64,000 nucleotides of DNA from a virus (IMGVR_UViG_3300013121_000019:1-64000); one strand, 5' to 3'; shown: positions 50,101 through 61,302, numbered from the stretch's first letter. The notes: generated by a model from the sequence alone, not told the origin. Program-made: numbers and translations.

Positions 50101-51284
50101 ACCTTCTCCGTCACCACGAGCTTGCGGCATCGGATGTCGAACCAGAAGAAGTGGACGCCGAGGCTGGCCATCATGAAGATCGGCTTACGCGCCAGCGCGT
50201 TGAACTTCTGCCAGAAGCGGTCGTCGTCGAACACCGGAATGCCGTTGGCGCCAACGATCGTGTGCTCCGGTAGCCGCATGTTGTTGATCGCCACGGTTCC
50301 GGCGACAACCGTCATGACGGCGTACTTGTCCAGCAGGTAGTGCTCTTGGATCTTGAGCTTCTGCGCTTCGAGCATCAGAAGACGCTTCAGCGCGAGCTCC
50401 TCCTCGGCGGAGATCGTACGGAACGTGGGCTCGAACTTTCCCGGGATGATCGGGACACGCTGCTCGAGGTAGTCGTTGATGATCGCGTCCTCGATGTTGA
50501 GCTTCTCGCACCGAGACTCGATGATCTGACGCTGTTCCTCGTTGTTGATGAGGTCGCGCTGCATCATCTGCCGGAAGACATCGAAGTCGAAGTCGTCCAG
50601 GTTCTTCTTGGCCAGCGCCTCTACGTCCTCCGCGGTCGCCGGAGACGTACGGGTGTCGCCCGGGGCATTCCCCAGACGAGCGGCCGCACCGGAGGCCGAC
50701 TTCGTGGCGTCCTCTTCGACTTGCTTGTCGGACGCGTGCTCGGTGTGCTGCGCCTGCTGCTGGTTGAACTCGGCCAGCGCCTTGACGGCCTCGATGGTCT
50801 CCGGCTTGAACCTCGCCTTGTTGTCGTTGTCGGCCAGCGCGGTCGGCGGGATGAACTGCCCGTTGCGCACGACGCCGTACTTCTTGGCCAGATGCGGCTG
50901 GCTCAGCGCCTGCATCGACCCCATGCCCTGCTGGAACTGTGGATCGGCCATCGCCGTGTTGGGCAGCATGTCCATCGGCAGGATGCGCTCCTTGCCCATC
51001 GGGGGAGCCATCGGCGGAGGCGGAGCGCCCATCGTGAGCTCACCCGCCTCGGCAAGCGCCTGCTGGGCCGCATTCTGCGCCATCGTCATGCCCTCGCTGA
51101 AGTTGCGAGCGTCCAGCCGGGGCATCGGGGTGCGCTGCTCCTTCTGCGCCGCCTGCCGCCGAGCAGCGAGCTGCGCCTGGTACTGGGCGGCTGCCGAGTT
51201 GGCCAGCCGCGGGTCAACGTACGGCACGGCACTGCGCGGTGTCGTGTCCGGTAGCTGCATTTCGACCTTCTTCTTCTCCACCAT
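50088..51284 (-). CDS. Putative tail assembly chaperone (G-like) with Pro/Met/Gln-rich N-terminus
   Basis: C-terminal 'PTFRTISAEEEL' chaperone-like region ending ...KVGNG over a G-GGA-AAT slippery site; GGAGG RBS. Confidence 0.55.
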   Translation of the reverse strand: MVEKKKVEMQLPDTTPRSAVPYVDPRLANSAAAQYQAQLAARRQAAQKEQRTPMPRLDARNFSEGMTMAQNAAQQALAEAGELTMGAPPPPMAPPMGKERILPMDMLPNTAMADPQFQQGMGSMQALSQPHLAKKYGVVRNGQFIPPTALADNDNKARFKPETIEAVKALAEFNQQQAQHTEHASDKQVEEDATKSASGAAARLGNAPGDTRTSPATAEDVEALAKKNLDDFDFDVFRQMMQRDLINNEEQRQIIESRCEKLNIEDAIINDYLEQRVPIIPGKFEPTFRTISAEEELALKRLLMLEAQKLKIQEHYLLDKYAVMTVVAGTVAINNMRLPEHTIVGANGIPVFDDDRFWQKFNALARKPIFMMASLGVHFFWFDIRCRKLVVTEKVGNG

Positions 51285-51956
51285 GACCTCCAACGGAGGA
51301 CGTACGTTGTACGTCCACCTAGTAGCTACGAAAAACGGATGCGCGTCAAGAGGTGACTGTCACGTTGGCAACTTTTCGAGAAACTCCCCTAGAAGTTGCT
51401 GATGCGGGGTGCCCTTGTCGAACTCATCGACGCGCACGAACCAGAAGTCCTTGAGCGACGCCGGCACGATGCCGGGCTTCGAGAGCTCCCCACGCAGGTA
51501 GTGGAACGGGCCAGTGCTGACGACCTGCCCCCCGATCCAGATCGAGCCGCTGAACAGCGCATCGATCGGTTGGCCGCTGAAGATGACCGTCATCGCCAGC
51601 TTGGTCAGATGCGCGAGGTGACTGCTGAACAGCGCACCCCGCGCGTGGTCGGTCACGATCGCGAGCTTGATGGAGTACTCCGACATCTTCAGGAGCGCCC
51701 TGCCATCAAGCCCTCGCAGCTCGCATAGTTCGCTCATACGGTCGGCAACCTCGAGAAGCCAGGGGTTTCCTCGACGACCGCACCGGAGTCCGGCACGGAC
51801 GTCACCTCGAGGACGTTTGAACGAGAGCAGCGACGACACCGGCCGTACCAGTAGTCGTCGCCGCCCACCTGAATCACATCGCCGATCTTCAGGCCACTCG
51901 TTACGCACTCGTGCAGTGTGCGGGTTGCCCCGCACACCTTGCACTTCAGCGCGTAG

Positions 51957-52436
51957 TCACCGTACAGGAGCTCGTTTACGTTGTTTGGGTCGAGTAGATC
52001 CGGCATGCTTCATCTCCTTCGCCTTCCGGAGAACGCGGCTAGCGTACTCCTTCGAGCGTGGATTGTAGATGCCGATCGGCCCCTTGGGGCACTTCCCACG
52101 ATTGACGTAACAGTAGCGCCTGCCGGCCAGCATGATGCCCACGCCGCGGCGGATGTTGACCGCCGGGTCCTGCAGCTCGGCCATCAGCGCCTCGGAGCAG
52201 TCCTTGATGTTGACCTGCATCAGCCCGACCGAGCAGGTACCGTCGCGCTCGTGCCGAACGACCGAGCGGTGAAAGCGGCTTTCCGTCTGGATGATCCCCA
52301 GCACCATCCACGGGTCGATCTCGTTGTCGCGCGTGGCCTGGTGGACGAGGTCCGCGTACTGGCGCGACTGCCGCTCCGGGAGTCCGGCGACCAGATGGAT
52401 CGCCAGCGCGAGAGACTCAACTAACGGCATAAGCAC
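51957..52436 (-). CDS. Lytic transglycosylase (SLT domain)
   Basis: 'IIQTESRF', 'VGLMQV', 'NIRRG', 'YN...YASRVL'. Confidence 0.85.
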   Translation of the reverse strand: MLMPLVESLALAIHLVAGLPERQSRQYADLVHQATRDNEIDPWMVLGIIQTESRFHRSVVRHERDGTCSVGLMQVNIKDCSEALMAELQDPAVNIRRGVGIMLAGRRYCYVNRGKCPKGPIGIYNPRSKEYASRVLRKAKEMKHAGSTRPKQRKRAPVR

Positions 52437-52872
52437 CTTTCTGCTGTGAAGTGGTTATTTTGCGTCCTTGATAGCCTGCTGGCAGGCCAGACACAGGATG
52501 AGCCCGGTCCAGCCACCAACGCGCAGACGCACGATCCTTGTCGGAAGATGGCCACAGCCGCGGCATTGCTGCCCCGCCGCTGCCTCGAACGTGGCAACTC
52601 GATACGGGTCGGCCACCGCAGCGCACTCTTCCGCAGAATCCGATGCGTTGAGGCGCGGCTCAGCAGGGCACATCTTTGATTTCCCCAACGATTGGCACTG
52701 GCTGTCCCGTCACCTTGATGCACCCCGGGCACACCCAACCGTGGTCTTTCAGTTTCTTCCATCCGCCCTCTCGCCACTTGCGGATCGCCAGGCTCTTGGA
52801 GCACTCTTTCGATCCCAGTCCATACAGCGGCCACACCAGACGACGAACTCTGTCGAGATGGAACCAACACCG

Positions 52873-54805
52873 TCAGTCATGACCCTTCACTCCGTTGTGG
52901 CGACGTCTGTTCTTCCAGTTACCAAGCGCATCCAGCATCTTGCTGGTGTCTCCAGCCATCTCGGCCTCGAGCACCGCGGTTGGCAAGATGAAGCACTCGT
53001 GGGCCACCGGCTTACCATCACGTAGCCGATGACCCTGGTTACAGAAGCTCGTCTGGTAGATCTTGTCCTTAGCCATTGTTCTCCGTGACTTTGTGCCGAT
53101 CGCTCAACCACGTCAGCGCCCCAGACAGGTCGTCGGGCATGCCCTGGGCGCGCAACCCGTCGACCAGTGCTGCGACTGCATCCCTCGTGACGTCACCGTA
53201 CGGCTCGTATAGCCGCCTGTGCTCGGGCGGATAGGCCACTGAAACAGACCGAAGACTACCCAACGTGCGGGCGGCCATCTACTTGAACCCCAGCTGCAGC
53301 TCGACCGCGACACAGCCCTCGTCGGCTTCATCGAACTCAACCGCCTGGGACTTCAGGTAGGCGTCGTGGAACACGATGTCGCCATCCTGTAGCTCGCTGT
53401 CGTCGTGGACCCAACAGAGCAGGTGGGCCTTACCGTGGATGGCCGTGATGATGTAGGGGCCGTCTTCGTCATTGAAGAGACCGGGCGGATGGTCCGCGGG
53501 CTCGATGGGTCGCAGCACCATCGTGGTGGAGATCTTGTCGCTCATGTCACCTCCGATACGTTGCAGAACTGCGCCACCAACCCGTGGGTGGCGCAGAACA
53601 TCGCCTTGGAGCCGCCGACCTGGCGGACCTGTAGCGTTGCCCGGCACTGCGGACATGTTTCGTCGTTGAGGGCAGCCACCGCGGCCAACATCTCCGCACG
53701 GTCCTTCGCCACATCCTCTTCTGTGGCCGCCTGGTACTTCGAACACCGGCAATCCGGGGTCTTGTTCGTCTCCGCCAGGAAGCCGGTCAGACACGGCAAG
53801 TTGTACCGTGGAGTGGCGAGATCGTGGTAGTCGACGCCGGCCTCGCACAGCTTGTTCTGGATGCCGTTGAAGTGGATGCAGTCACCGAGCTTCATGTTCC
53901 TCCGTGGTGTCGTTCAGAAAGTCGTAGGCGTCCTGCACTGTTGCCTCTGCGAGGTGCAGACGCGTCCGCGCGTACTTGAAGAACCGCCATCGTTCTCTCC
54001 CGTTCACGTGAGTGAAACCGACGGCGGCCAACTGTTCACGATACTTCTCGACGCAGCGCCACAGAAGATGGCGAAGCGCCGACTTACTTAGCTCCCGCGG
54101 CTTCCGCATCACCTCTCCGTCGGGGTCTCTACGTAGTGGCGATCGCGGGGGTCCGCCGGCAGCTTCAAGTAGATCTCTACGTTTAACATCGTGTACGGCG
54201 CAGACGACACAGGGAGCATCTGGCGCACCGGGTACACCACGTCGATCACCCTGTACACGGTCGGCGCGTGCTCCTGCCCCCAATGCTGAAAGCGGATGTG
54301 CTCGCCTACGCGTGGGACATGCTCGACCTCGAGAAAGACTCGATCTCTGTTCGGTAGCTGAAACATGGCTCTAAGCATGCTACGCATCCTTCTTGTCTGA
54401 TGAGATGAGCTTCTTCATTCGACGCACCAGCTCCGGAGCGTAGAACCCCATGACGGCTTCGTTGTAACTGCGCCACGGAAATGACTTTTGGTAGTGGCAG
54501 TTGCCGATTGCGTGCTCTGCCGCGTGAACAAACGCCTCGTCGGTCAGGTGCGGCAGGATGTGCTCCCACTCGTAGGAGTTGCACTTGAGCGCCTGGTACT
54601 CCTCGAACGTGACGTTGCCACGCTTGGCGAGATCCTGGATCTCCTGACGGACATGCTCGAGTCGGTTGTTGGGCAGAAGAATCTTGAACGGCATAGACCT
54701 GCTGTGCTCCTTGGCAATCTCGTGAAGCAGCTTCACGAGGTTTGGATTGATCGGCTTGTGCGGACCAGGCTTCAAAAGCCCGATGTAGTCGATGTAGCGA
54801 AACAC
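52873..54805 (-). other. Run of small hypothetical genes
   Basis: Packed ORFs 52873..53076, 53069..53278, 53279..53545, 53542..53895, 54109..54387, 54380..54805, downstream of a minus-strand promoter motif. Confidence 0.5.
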
Positions 54806-54838
54806 GGCTTTCTCCGATGGTGGCTGCCTACATTGGTG

Positions 54839-54892
54839 TTATGCCGCAGAAGGCCCGCGTTGTGCGTAAAGAACAAGCAACAGCCGGCATAA
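54839..54892. promoter_or_regulatory. Back-to-back divergent copies of the shared promoter motif
   Basis: Minus strand GCACA-N15-GGCATAAC (54865-54839); plus strand GTAAA-N15-GGCATAAC (54866-54892). Confidence 0.6.
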
Positions 54893-54931
54893 CAACTATG
54901 AAGACTGAGATTCGTCTTCAGGAGGCCGACC

Positions 54932-55636
54932 ATGCACGAGATCAGCAGGTTGATCTACAACGAGGTTCGAAAGAAGGCCAAGACTCTGCCGGAGGCCGCG
55001 AAGCTGCTAGGCGTTGGCGAGGCGGCCACGCGTCTGCTTCTGAGCGGTGAGCACGGTCTGAAGAGGACGACCTGGAACAGGATCGAGCCTCATCTTCCGG
55101 GGTTCAGCGCACTGATCCATTTCCCCACCAAAGCGCCGCATGGACCACGGTCCGCAGAGCTCACCGACGAGGGCATCAAACGGTACAACGAGCTGCAGCT
55201 CCACGGGTCGTTGCCGTTGTACTGGGAGGAGCCGCTGCAGGTGAGTCCGATGGGCGTACCATCTCAACAACGCTATCTGGAGCGTATGCGACGCCTCGCA
55301 CAGGAGAGCGGCCCTGCACACCGAAGGACCACCGAGAAGAAGGCGGCAACCAACAAGAAGGCGAAGACGCCGATGAAGAGCAAAGCCGCGAAGAAGCCCA
55401 AGCAGGCCAAGGCGCCCACCGTGGTGGCCAACCCCATCGAGGCCAACATCGGCGCCGGTAAGGAGAAGATCCGAAGTGCGCCGGGCGGAAAGGTGTCGAA
55501 GGGCATCGGCTACTGTGGCGCGCTTCTGGCGCGGCTGGTCAGGATCCCCGGAATGCGGGAGGACATCACCATGCTGGATGAGACGCTCCGCAACGATGGC
55601 AGCTCGATTGCGGAGGCCCTGAAGATGATTCCGTGA
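54932..55636 (+). CDS. XRE/Cro-like HTH protein with Lys-rich linker
   Basis: 'TLPEAAKLLGVGEAATRLLLSG' HTH; GGAGG RBS. Confidence 0.6.
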   Translation: MHEISRLIYNEVRKKAKTLPEAAKLLGVGEAATRLLLSGEHGLKRTTWNRIEPHLPGFSALIHFPTKAPHGPRSAELTDEGIKRYNELQLHGSLPLYWEEPLQVSPMGVPSQQRYLERMRRLAQESGPAHRRTTEKKAATNKKAKTPMKSKAAKKPKQAKAPTVVANPIEANIGAGKEKIRSAPGGKVSKGIGYCGALLARLVRIPGMREDITMLDETLRNDGSSIAEALKMIP

Positions 55637-55691
55637 GCTAGTGAAAAGCGAGCCGAGCCCAGACGGGCACCCGGACCGCTTTTCACTAGCT
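55636..55691. terminator. Bidirectional terminator with perfect 15-bp arms
   Basis: AGCTAGTGAAAAGCG...CGCTTTTCACTAGCT between convergent genes. Confidence 0.75.
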
Positions 55692-56208
55692 CCTAGAGGC
55701 CGACGTTCGTCAGCTGGACCGTCAGGACGGTCTGCACCACGACGCCGCACCCGAAGGCGACGAAGGTCTCGACGGCGTGGTCGATGGTGTGGACCAGGAA
55801 CTTGGTGCCGTTGACCGTCATGGTCTCCCCGATCGACGGGGAGAAGACGATATCGTCGTTGCCATGGAACAGAACGTGGCGAGTACCGTTGGGCATCACG
55901 ATGATGATCTGCATGTTGAGACTCCTAGCTGTTGTCGCTGTAGACCTGTAGAGATGCGTACACGGAGGTGGCGAACGAACATCCCCAGATGAACGCCCAC
56001 ATTGCTGCTTCGATGCTGCCCCAGCTGGAGGCGAGACGCTCCATGGACACAGCGATGAACGGTTGAAACGCCATTGCCAGAACGATCGTGCGTAACGCTC
56101 GAAAGCGCGTCAGCTTTGGCTTCACCTCGACGTTGAGGCTCACCGCACTACTGTCTTCGATCCTGCTGACCGTGGCGGTCGGCTCACTCGGCTGCTGTAG
56201 CGGGCGCA

Positions 56209-56694
56209 TCAGTATCCCTCGTTCAGCCAATCGGGTTGGTAACCAGGCTCGGTCCAGCGCGCCAGGTGCGGCTTCATCTTGATCTTGTACCGGTAGTAGC
56301 GGCGATACGCCTCGACCGCGTCGGGTCCTCTGAGCTCTTCCGGCATACTCTGCACGAACGGGGTACGGGCGCGAGACGGGAAGTTCACTGTTCTGTGGCC
56401 CGCATCAACCAGCACGAGCCGTGATGCGTGCACACGCCCGTAACGGCGCTCGTACTCGTTGCACAGCTCACGGGCATGGGTGAACAACCAATCGAAGTTG
56501 CTGGCGGCGCTGCCGGCCCAGCGGACCACCGGATGGTTGCGGTGCGTCGGGCGGTACTGCAGGTCCTTCACACCCAGGTCGTGCAACACCGTGCAGATGA
56601 TCTGAGTGCTCTCGAGCGGCATCTTGACGATGTGCTTGTCGAAAAGGGCTCTGGCGGCTTGTTCGGGATCTGAATCGACGATGAAGATGTTCAT
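56209..56694 (-). CDS. Pyrimidine dimer DNA glycosylase/endonuclease V family protein
   Basis: 'MNIF.VD.DP..AA.....H..KM.LE..Q', 'Y.PTH.NHP...W', 'EY..RYG..H', 'V.AYR.YY'. Confidence 0.85.
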   Translation of the reverse strand: MNIFIVDSDPEQAARALFDKHIVKMPLESTQIICTVLHDLGVKDLQYRPTHRNHPVVRWAGSAASNFDWLFTHARELCNEYERRYGRVHASRLVLVDAGHRTVNFPSRARTPFVQSMPEELRGPDAVEAYRRYYRYKIKMKPHLARWTEPGYQPDWLNEGY

Positions 56695-56830
56695 TGGCGT
56701 TTACTCCAGCGCACTTCAACAAACTGCGCCACCAGCACGACGCATACCAGCAACACCGCGATGCACGCCGTCACCACGCACGGGAATGCCAGGATGGTGA
56801 ACAGTACCGGATGTAGCTCGATGAACTGAC

Positions 56831-57202
56831 TCATTTTTCCTCTAGAATAGCGAACACATCGAGAAGCGGGCGCAGCACCTTGTTGGACTTGGTGGTAGAG
56901 AAGTTCCGCTGCTTGAGCTCCTTCTTGAGGAGCTTATGAAGAGCCACCACGGCCTTCGCCACTCCTAGAAGCCGCTCCATGTCAGTTCGAGAGTGGGCGA
57001 TGAAGGTGGCGTTGCGTGCAGCTGCAGTTCTGCTGATGATCTGGCTAGGGCCCACAACGGAGGCGAGGGAACCCTCACAGCAGTCCGCAACCGCCGCGAT
57101 AGCCCGCACCTCCTGACCACGCGATGTCCACGGACCCTTGGTGGCACCGGTAAGCCGCCGATCCATGGCCGCGATGTTGTCGTCGATCTTTTTGAGGTTC
57201 AT
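56831..57202 (-). CDS. Ead/Ea22-like phage protein
   Basis: 'ATKGPW...NATFIAHSR.D...LL' motif. Confidence 0.6.
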   Translation of the reverse strand: MNLKKIDDNIAAMDRRLTGATKGPWTSRGQEVRAIAAVADCCEGSLASVVGPSQIISRTAAARNATFIAHSRTDMERLLGVAKAVVALHKLLKKELKQRNFSTTKSNKVLRPLLDVFAILEEK

Positions 57203-57499
57203 CGGCTATCTCGTTGCTCCTGTAGCTGAAGGATGGTTCTGAGAACTTCCTGGACCGACGGTTCCGGTTGAGTGCCATCCGGATCGGGTGGTGGCGGCTG
57301 TAGACGACCGTTGACGATGTCGTCGCGTAGTTGTTCGGCTCCAAGCCGCACGATCCAGTTGGCCTGCTGCTGCAGCCCCTCGAGGAACCGGTTGGCGAAG
57401 AGCCCGCAGGTGCTGCACAGCATCATCCCCTGGTGGAAGACCGGCTCTGCTGTTGGTTCACGACAGTTCAAACAAGTGGACATCGCTGCCTCATGGTTC

Positions 57500-57566
57500 T
57501 TTTGCCCGATTTGACGAGCGGATTGCAGTAGCTAAGAGGACGGCCCCGCAGGGGGCCGCCACTCTC
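57500..57566 (-). promoter_or_regulatory. Hairpin-TAGCTA terminator fused to a promoter motif variant
   Basis: Minus strand: GC hairpin, CTCTTAGCTACT, then GCAAT-N15-GGCAAAAG. Confidence 0.55.
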
Positions 57567-58321
57567 AAAGCCTCACTGTGGCTTCGTCCATCGGAGCTCG
57601 CCGTCTACCTGAACCAACGCGATGGTCCTGACCTTCAGGATCAGCACGGCCTGGCTCACGTTGGTCAGCACGAGGTTCTCGTACTGCAGTCGGTCTACCT
57701 CCAACTGAACCAACATCGAGCGGACAGCCTGCTGCTGCATCGCCGGAAACCGGTAGACGTCGCCGAGGCTTGTGGTGACTTCGATTGTGGATAGCGGTTC
57801 AGGCATCGGTACCCACCACGGCATCTAGCACGTTGTACGGGATGGAGTAGCTCTCCAGGTAGAGCGGCATCCCCTGTGCTGTGCGGGGCTCGAACCGCGC
57901 AACGATGTAGAACTCATCCTGTCCCACGCACACCCGGCCATTGTCCGCCATACGCCCAGCCGGAAGCGCCCCACGATGGTAGACGTAGCCAGCGTCCAGG
58001 TTGACGTGCGACTCCCGCACCAACGCGAACGGAAGGGCCGTGTGTCGGCGAACACGGCATTCACTCGAAACAGCGCCGTCGTCGGACAACTGAGTCAGCG
58101 AGCGACGCACCGCGCGAAGCCGACGGATGTTGCCAACAGCCTCCGTGGTCAAGGCCAGGCTCAGGATGTACTTGCTCGAGTTGATGCACTCGAGGAACAG
58201 CACATGGTCCTTGCTGCCCATCACAGAACCACCGGCTTGGGCTGGGTCGTGGCGTCGATCGCAGGGCACAACGCGGGCCACGTCCACGAGATGCACGACA
58301 GAACGAACATACGGGTGCGCT

Positions 58322-58951
58322 TCACGATGTCTTCTCCTCGGCCGCCGGAGCCGGCGGGATGATGGTCGTCTGGGCAACTGGGGCCGGAACCTCCTGGGGT
58401 TTCGGCTCGGCGGGCTTCTGTTCCTTCATCTGGGCGAGCCTCTTCTTCTCTTGCTCACGCCGACGGATCTCCTCCTTCTGCTTATCCGTCAGGCTGGCCT
58501 CGAGACGCTCTTTGAGCCCCTGGGTCTCGAACGTCGAGGCTTCCTTGGCCACTTCCTGGTAGGCGCGGACGAACGCGCTCTTGACCGACGTTGCGATGAA
58601 CTCGTCGACGTTCGCGTCCGCCAGATGAGCGTGGCTCGCGCACAGCTCCTTCTTGGCGATCTTCTCGTCCGGAACCTCTCGTCGGTAGCTGGGCGGCATC
58701 ATCAGATGGTCGCGCAAGACACCGAACGCAGAGCGACTACGACGGAGAAGCGGATAGGGCTCGACAGCAGGCTCACCGCAGAAACACTTCGGCTGATCTT
58801 CCGGCAGAGCCAGCAGAGACGGCTGCTGAGCCGGCGAAACAGCCGCGGAGGGCTTCCGCATGAGGGCCGCGATGACCTTCGGGATCAGGATCACGATGAT
58901 CCCGAGGATCACGAACCCATACAGGATGTACTGGGGGTCTCGTTCGTTCAT
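58322..58951 (-). CDS. Membrane-anchored protein with Zn-binding motif
   Basis: N-terminal TM helix; 'CFCG...LCASH'. Confidence 0.6.
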   Translation of the reverse strand: MNERDPQYILYGFVILGIIVILIPKVIAALMRKPSAAVSPAQQPSLLALPEDQPKCFCGEPAVEPYPLLRRSRSAFGVLRDHLMMPPSYRREVPDEKIAKKELCASHAHLADANVDEFIATSVKSAFVRAYQEVAKEASTFETQGLKERLEASLTDKQKEEIRRREQEKKRLAQMKEQKPAEPKPQEVPAPVAQTTIIPPAPAAEEKTS

Positions 58952-60780
58952 CCGACAGAATCTCCTGTTGATTGGAAAGGAAACCGCCTAGGGTGGTACC
59001 GCAGCCGGTTGAGCAGGTCCCAGTCGATCTCCTGTTGGTTCTGTTCTCTGGTCGGGGCAAACCAGTACAGGGTCGGGACATCGACCAGGACCGTGTTGAT
59101 CATCGCCCAGACAGGACGATCTTCTGTCCCTGGTTGATGCTGCGACAGCCACTGGCGGCACCGAGCCACGTTGTCGCGGAACTCGAAGAACGTCGCCCGC
59201 AGACGCCCGTGGAGCGACGGAACGACCCGGACCGTCATGGGGTCGACTACCCGGTAGATGGACGAATCTGTGCCGGTTGGTACCGCTTCAACCACCGGAG
59301 CCGTCGGCTGTTCGAGTAGCCGCTGCTTCAGCCACTGCATCTCCTCCCGTACTTGGTCGGCCTGTTGGTCCTTCAGCTTCAGTAGCCGCTGAAGCTGATG
59401 GTTCTCCGACAAGTACCGCTCGGTATCGGAAACCGCCAGGTCGAGTGCAGCCTTGGTGACCCCCATCTTCACCTGAAGCTGCTCGAGCTGAGTGGTGAAC
59501 CGACCCTTGTCCTGGACCCACTGGGCCTGCTGGGTTGAGTGCTGATGTTCCTGATCATCGATGCGCTTGAGCAGCTGCTCCTTCTCGGACCGCAGGGCAT
59601 CACGGTCCGACGTGATGATCACGATGTCCTGACGCAGGCTCTCGATGGTCGCGCAGTGGCTGCTGGCTTGCGCCTCGAGCGCACTCTCCACATTCTGAAC
59701 ATGCAGGTCATGCGCATCATTGAGGAACTTGATCTCCTTGTGGGCGGTGGCGAGCTCCTCTTCGAGCTTCGTGGTCTTCTGCTCGAGCAGCTCCTTGTTC
59801 GTCCTGAGCTCGACGTTGATCCCATCGAGGGTCTGCATGCCCTCGTTGAGCGCGTCGTTACGCCGCGAGAGGACCACGTTGTCCTCCCGCATGGTTGCGA
59901 TCTGGTCGTCACGCTGACCCAGGGCGTCGTTCAGCTTGTTCAGCTGCCCTGCGAGCCCATCGATCTGCAGACGTTGCTGATCGAGACTCTTGTCACACCC
60001 CTCGGTGCACTCCTTGAGCTGCCGCTGCAGGTCCGACACCCGAACGGCCAGGCTGGATTTTGTCACCGACAGCGCGTGCTTGTCGGAGTGTAGCCCTTCG
60101 ATTTGCAGATTCAACGATTTGATGGTCGTGCGGTCATGCCCCGCTTGGTCCTTCAGCTGCCGCAGCTCGCCTTCGAGCCCGGCGATCTTGTGCCCTCGGG
60201 CATCGCACTCCGCCTGGAGCTCGTCGTACCAGCCTCTGAGGGACTTGATCTCGTCGTTGTCCGCCTGGGTGGCGATCTGCTCCTCGGCGAACGCCTCTGC
60301 GGCCCGCTCGAGGTGACCGGTCAGCTCACCGATGCGGGCATCCTTCTGGTTGATGGTGGCCTGCAGGGCGCTGACCTTCTCTTCGAGATCCCGGTACTGC
60401 TTGCCGACGCACACACCCGCCGTCCGCAGGGCGTTGTGCTCACGCTTCTCGTCAGCCAGCTCGCGCTCCAGCGCCTTGATTCGGTCGGCCGCCTCGGTCG
60501 GCATCACCGTGGCATCAGGGTCGAACGGATCACTGGTGATGTTGATCTTGCCATCGGCGATCTTGTGGAGCGCCGTGGCGATCTCGTCTTGTGCGTCGAC
60601 TTGTGCCCGCTGCGTCTCCAGCTGCTCCCGCAGGGACAGCTGACGGATCAGCTGGTCACGCACCGGCAAGAGGTTCTTGGCCTTCTCGACGTCGGTGGTG
60701 AACTCGGCGTTGATCTTCTCCAGCAGCTTCTCGGACTGCTCGAACGCGTCTTCGAGTGATCGGCAGATCTTGGTGATCAT
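58948..60780 (-). CDS. Long coiled-coil protein
   Basis: 610 aa heptad-rich; no Walker motifs. Confidence 0.7.
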   Translation of the reverse strand: MITKICRSLEDAFEQSEKLLEKINAEFTTDVEKAKNLLPVRDQLIRQLSLREQLETQRAQVDAQDEIATALHKIADGKINITSDPFDPDATVMPTEAADRIKALERELADEKREHNALRTAGVCVGKQYRDLEEKVSALQATINQKDARIGELTGHLERAAEAFAEEQIATQADNDEIKSLRGWYDELQAECDARGHKIAGLEGELRQLKDQAGHDRTTIKSLNLQIEGLHSDKHALSVTKSSLAVRVSDLQRQLKECTEGCDKSLDQQRLQIDGLAGQLNKLNDALGQRDDQIATMREDNVVLSRRNDALNEGMQTLDGINVELRTNKELLEQKTTKLEEELATAHKEIKFLNDAHDLHVQNVESALEAQASSHCATIESLRQDIVIITSDRDALRSEKEQLLKRIDDQEHQHSTQQAQWVQDKGRFTTQLEQLQVKMGVTKAALDLAVSDTERYLSENHQLQRLLKLKDQQADQVREEMQWLKQRLLEQPTAPVVEAVPTGTDSSIYRVVDPMTVRVVPSLHGRLRATFFEFRDNVARCRQWLSQHQPGTEDRPVWAMINTVLVDVPTLYWFAPTREQNQQEIDWDLLNRLRYHPRRFPFQSTGDSVG

Positions 60781-60789
60781 TGTGCCCCT

Positions 60790-61302
60790 TCAGGTGTTGG
60801 TGTTGCCGACGGCCAGTGCGCGTAGCTCATGCTGAAGAGACGCGACCTGCTGTTCCAGTGCCGTGATGCGCTCCTCGTTGGCTCTCGTCTGCGCAAGAGA
60901 GCGGGCGATGTCGACGGCGTGGCCCTCCAGGGTGCCCTGCATGGCCTTCAGGAGCGCGATGATCCGATGGATGTTCTTCCGATGCTTGGTCATCGTGTCT
61001 TTGGCCAGATTGAGCGCCGTGACGACGTCATCCAGCGTGGACTCGTGCGCATCGGCCATCTCGTTGGCCCGCGACGCCACCGCAGTGGTGACGAGTGTCA
61101 TGAGCCGCCACATGCCGGTCTGGGGACCAGCAGGATTCTTCTTGACCTTCTCGAACGCCTTGACCACCAGCGGCATGGTGCCGTCGGCGAAGTCGTACAG
61201 CGCCTGAACGTTGTCGGCGCTCATCGCCCGGTCGAACATCTCGAACAGCAGTGCGTCGGTGAACTGATCCACCATCACGATCGGCTTCTTGTTGACCTTC
61301 AC
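60790..61302 (-). CDS. Coiled-coil hypothetical protein
   Basis: 170 aa; GAGGAG RBS. Confidence 0.6.
   Translation of the reverse strand: MKVNKKPIVMVDQFTDALLFEMFDRAMSADNVQALYDFADGTMPLVVKAFEKVKKNPAGPQTGMWRLMTLVTTAVASRANEMADAHESTLDDVVTALNLAKDTMTKHRKNIHRIIALLKAMQGTLEGHAVDIARSLAQTRANEERITALEQQVASLQHELRALAVGNTNT

Noticed and set aside
58948-60780. SMC/chromosome segregation ATPase
   Set aside because: Coiled coil only; no Walker A/B or hinge motif seen.
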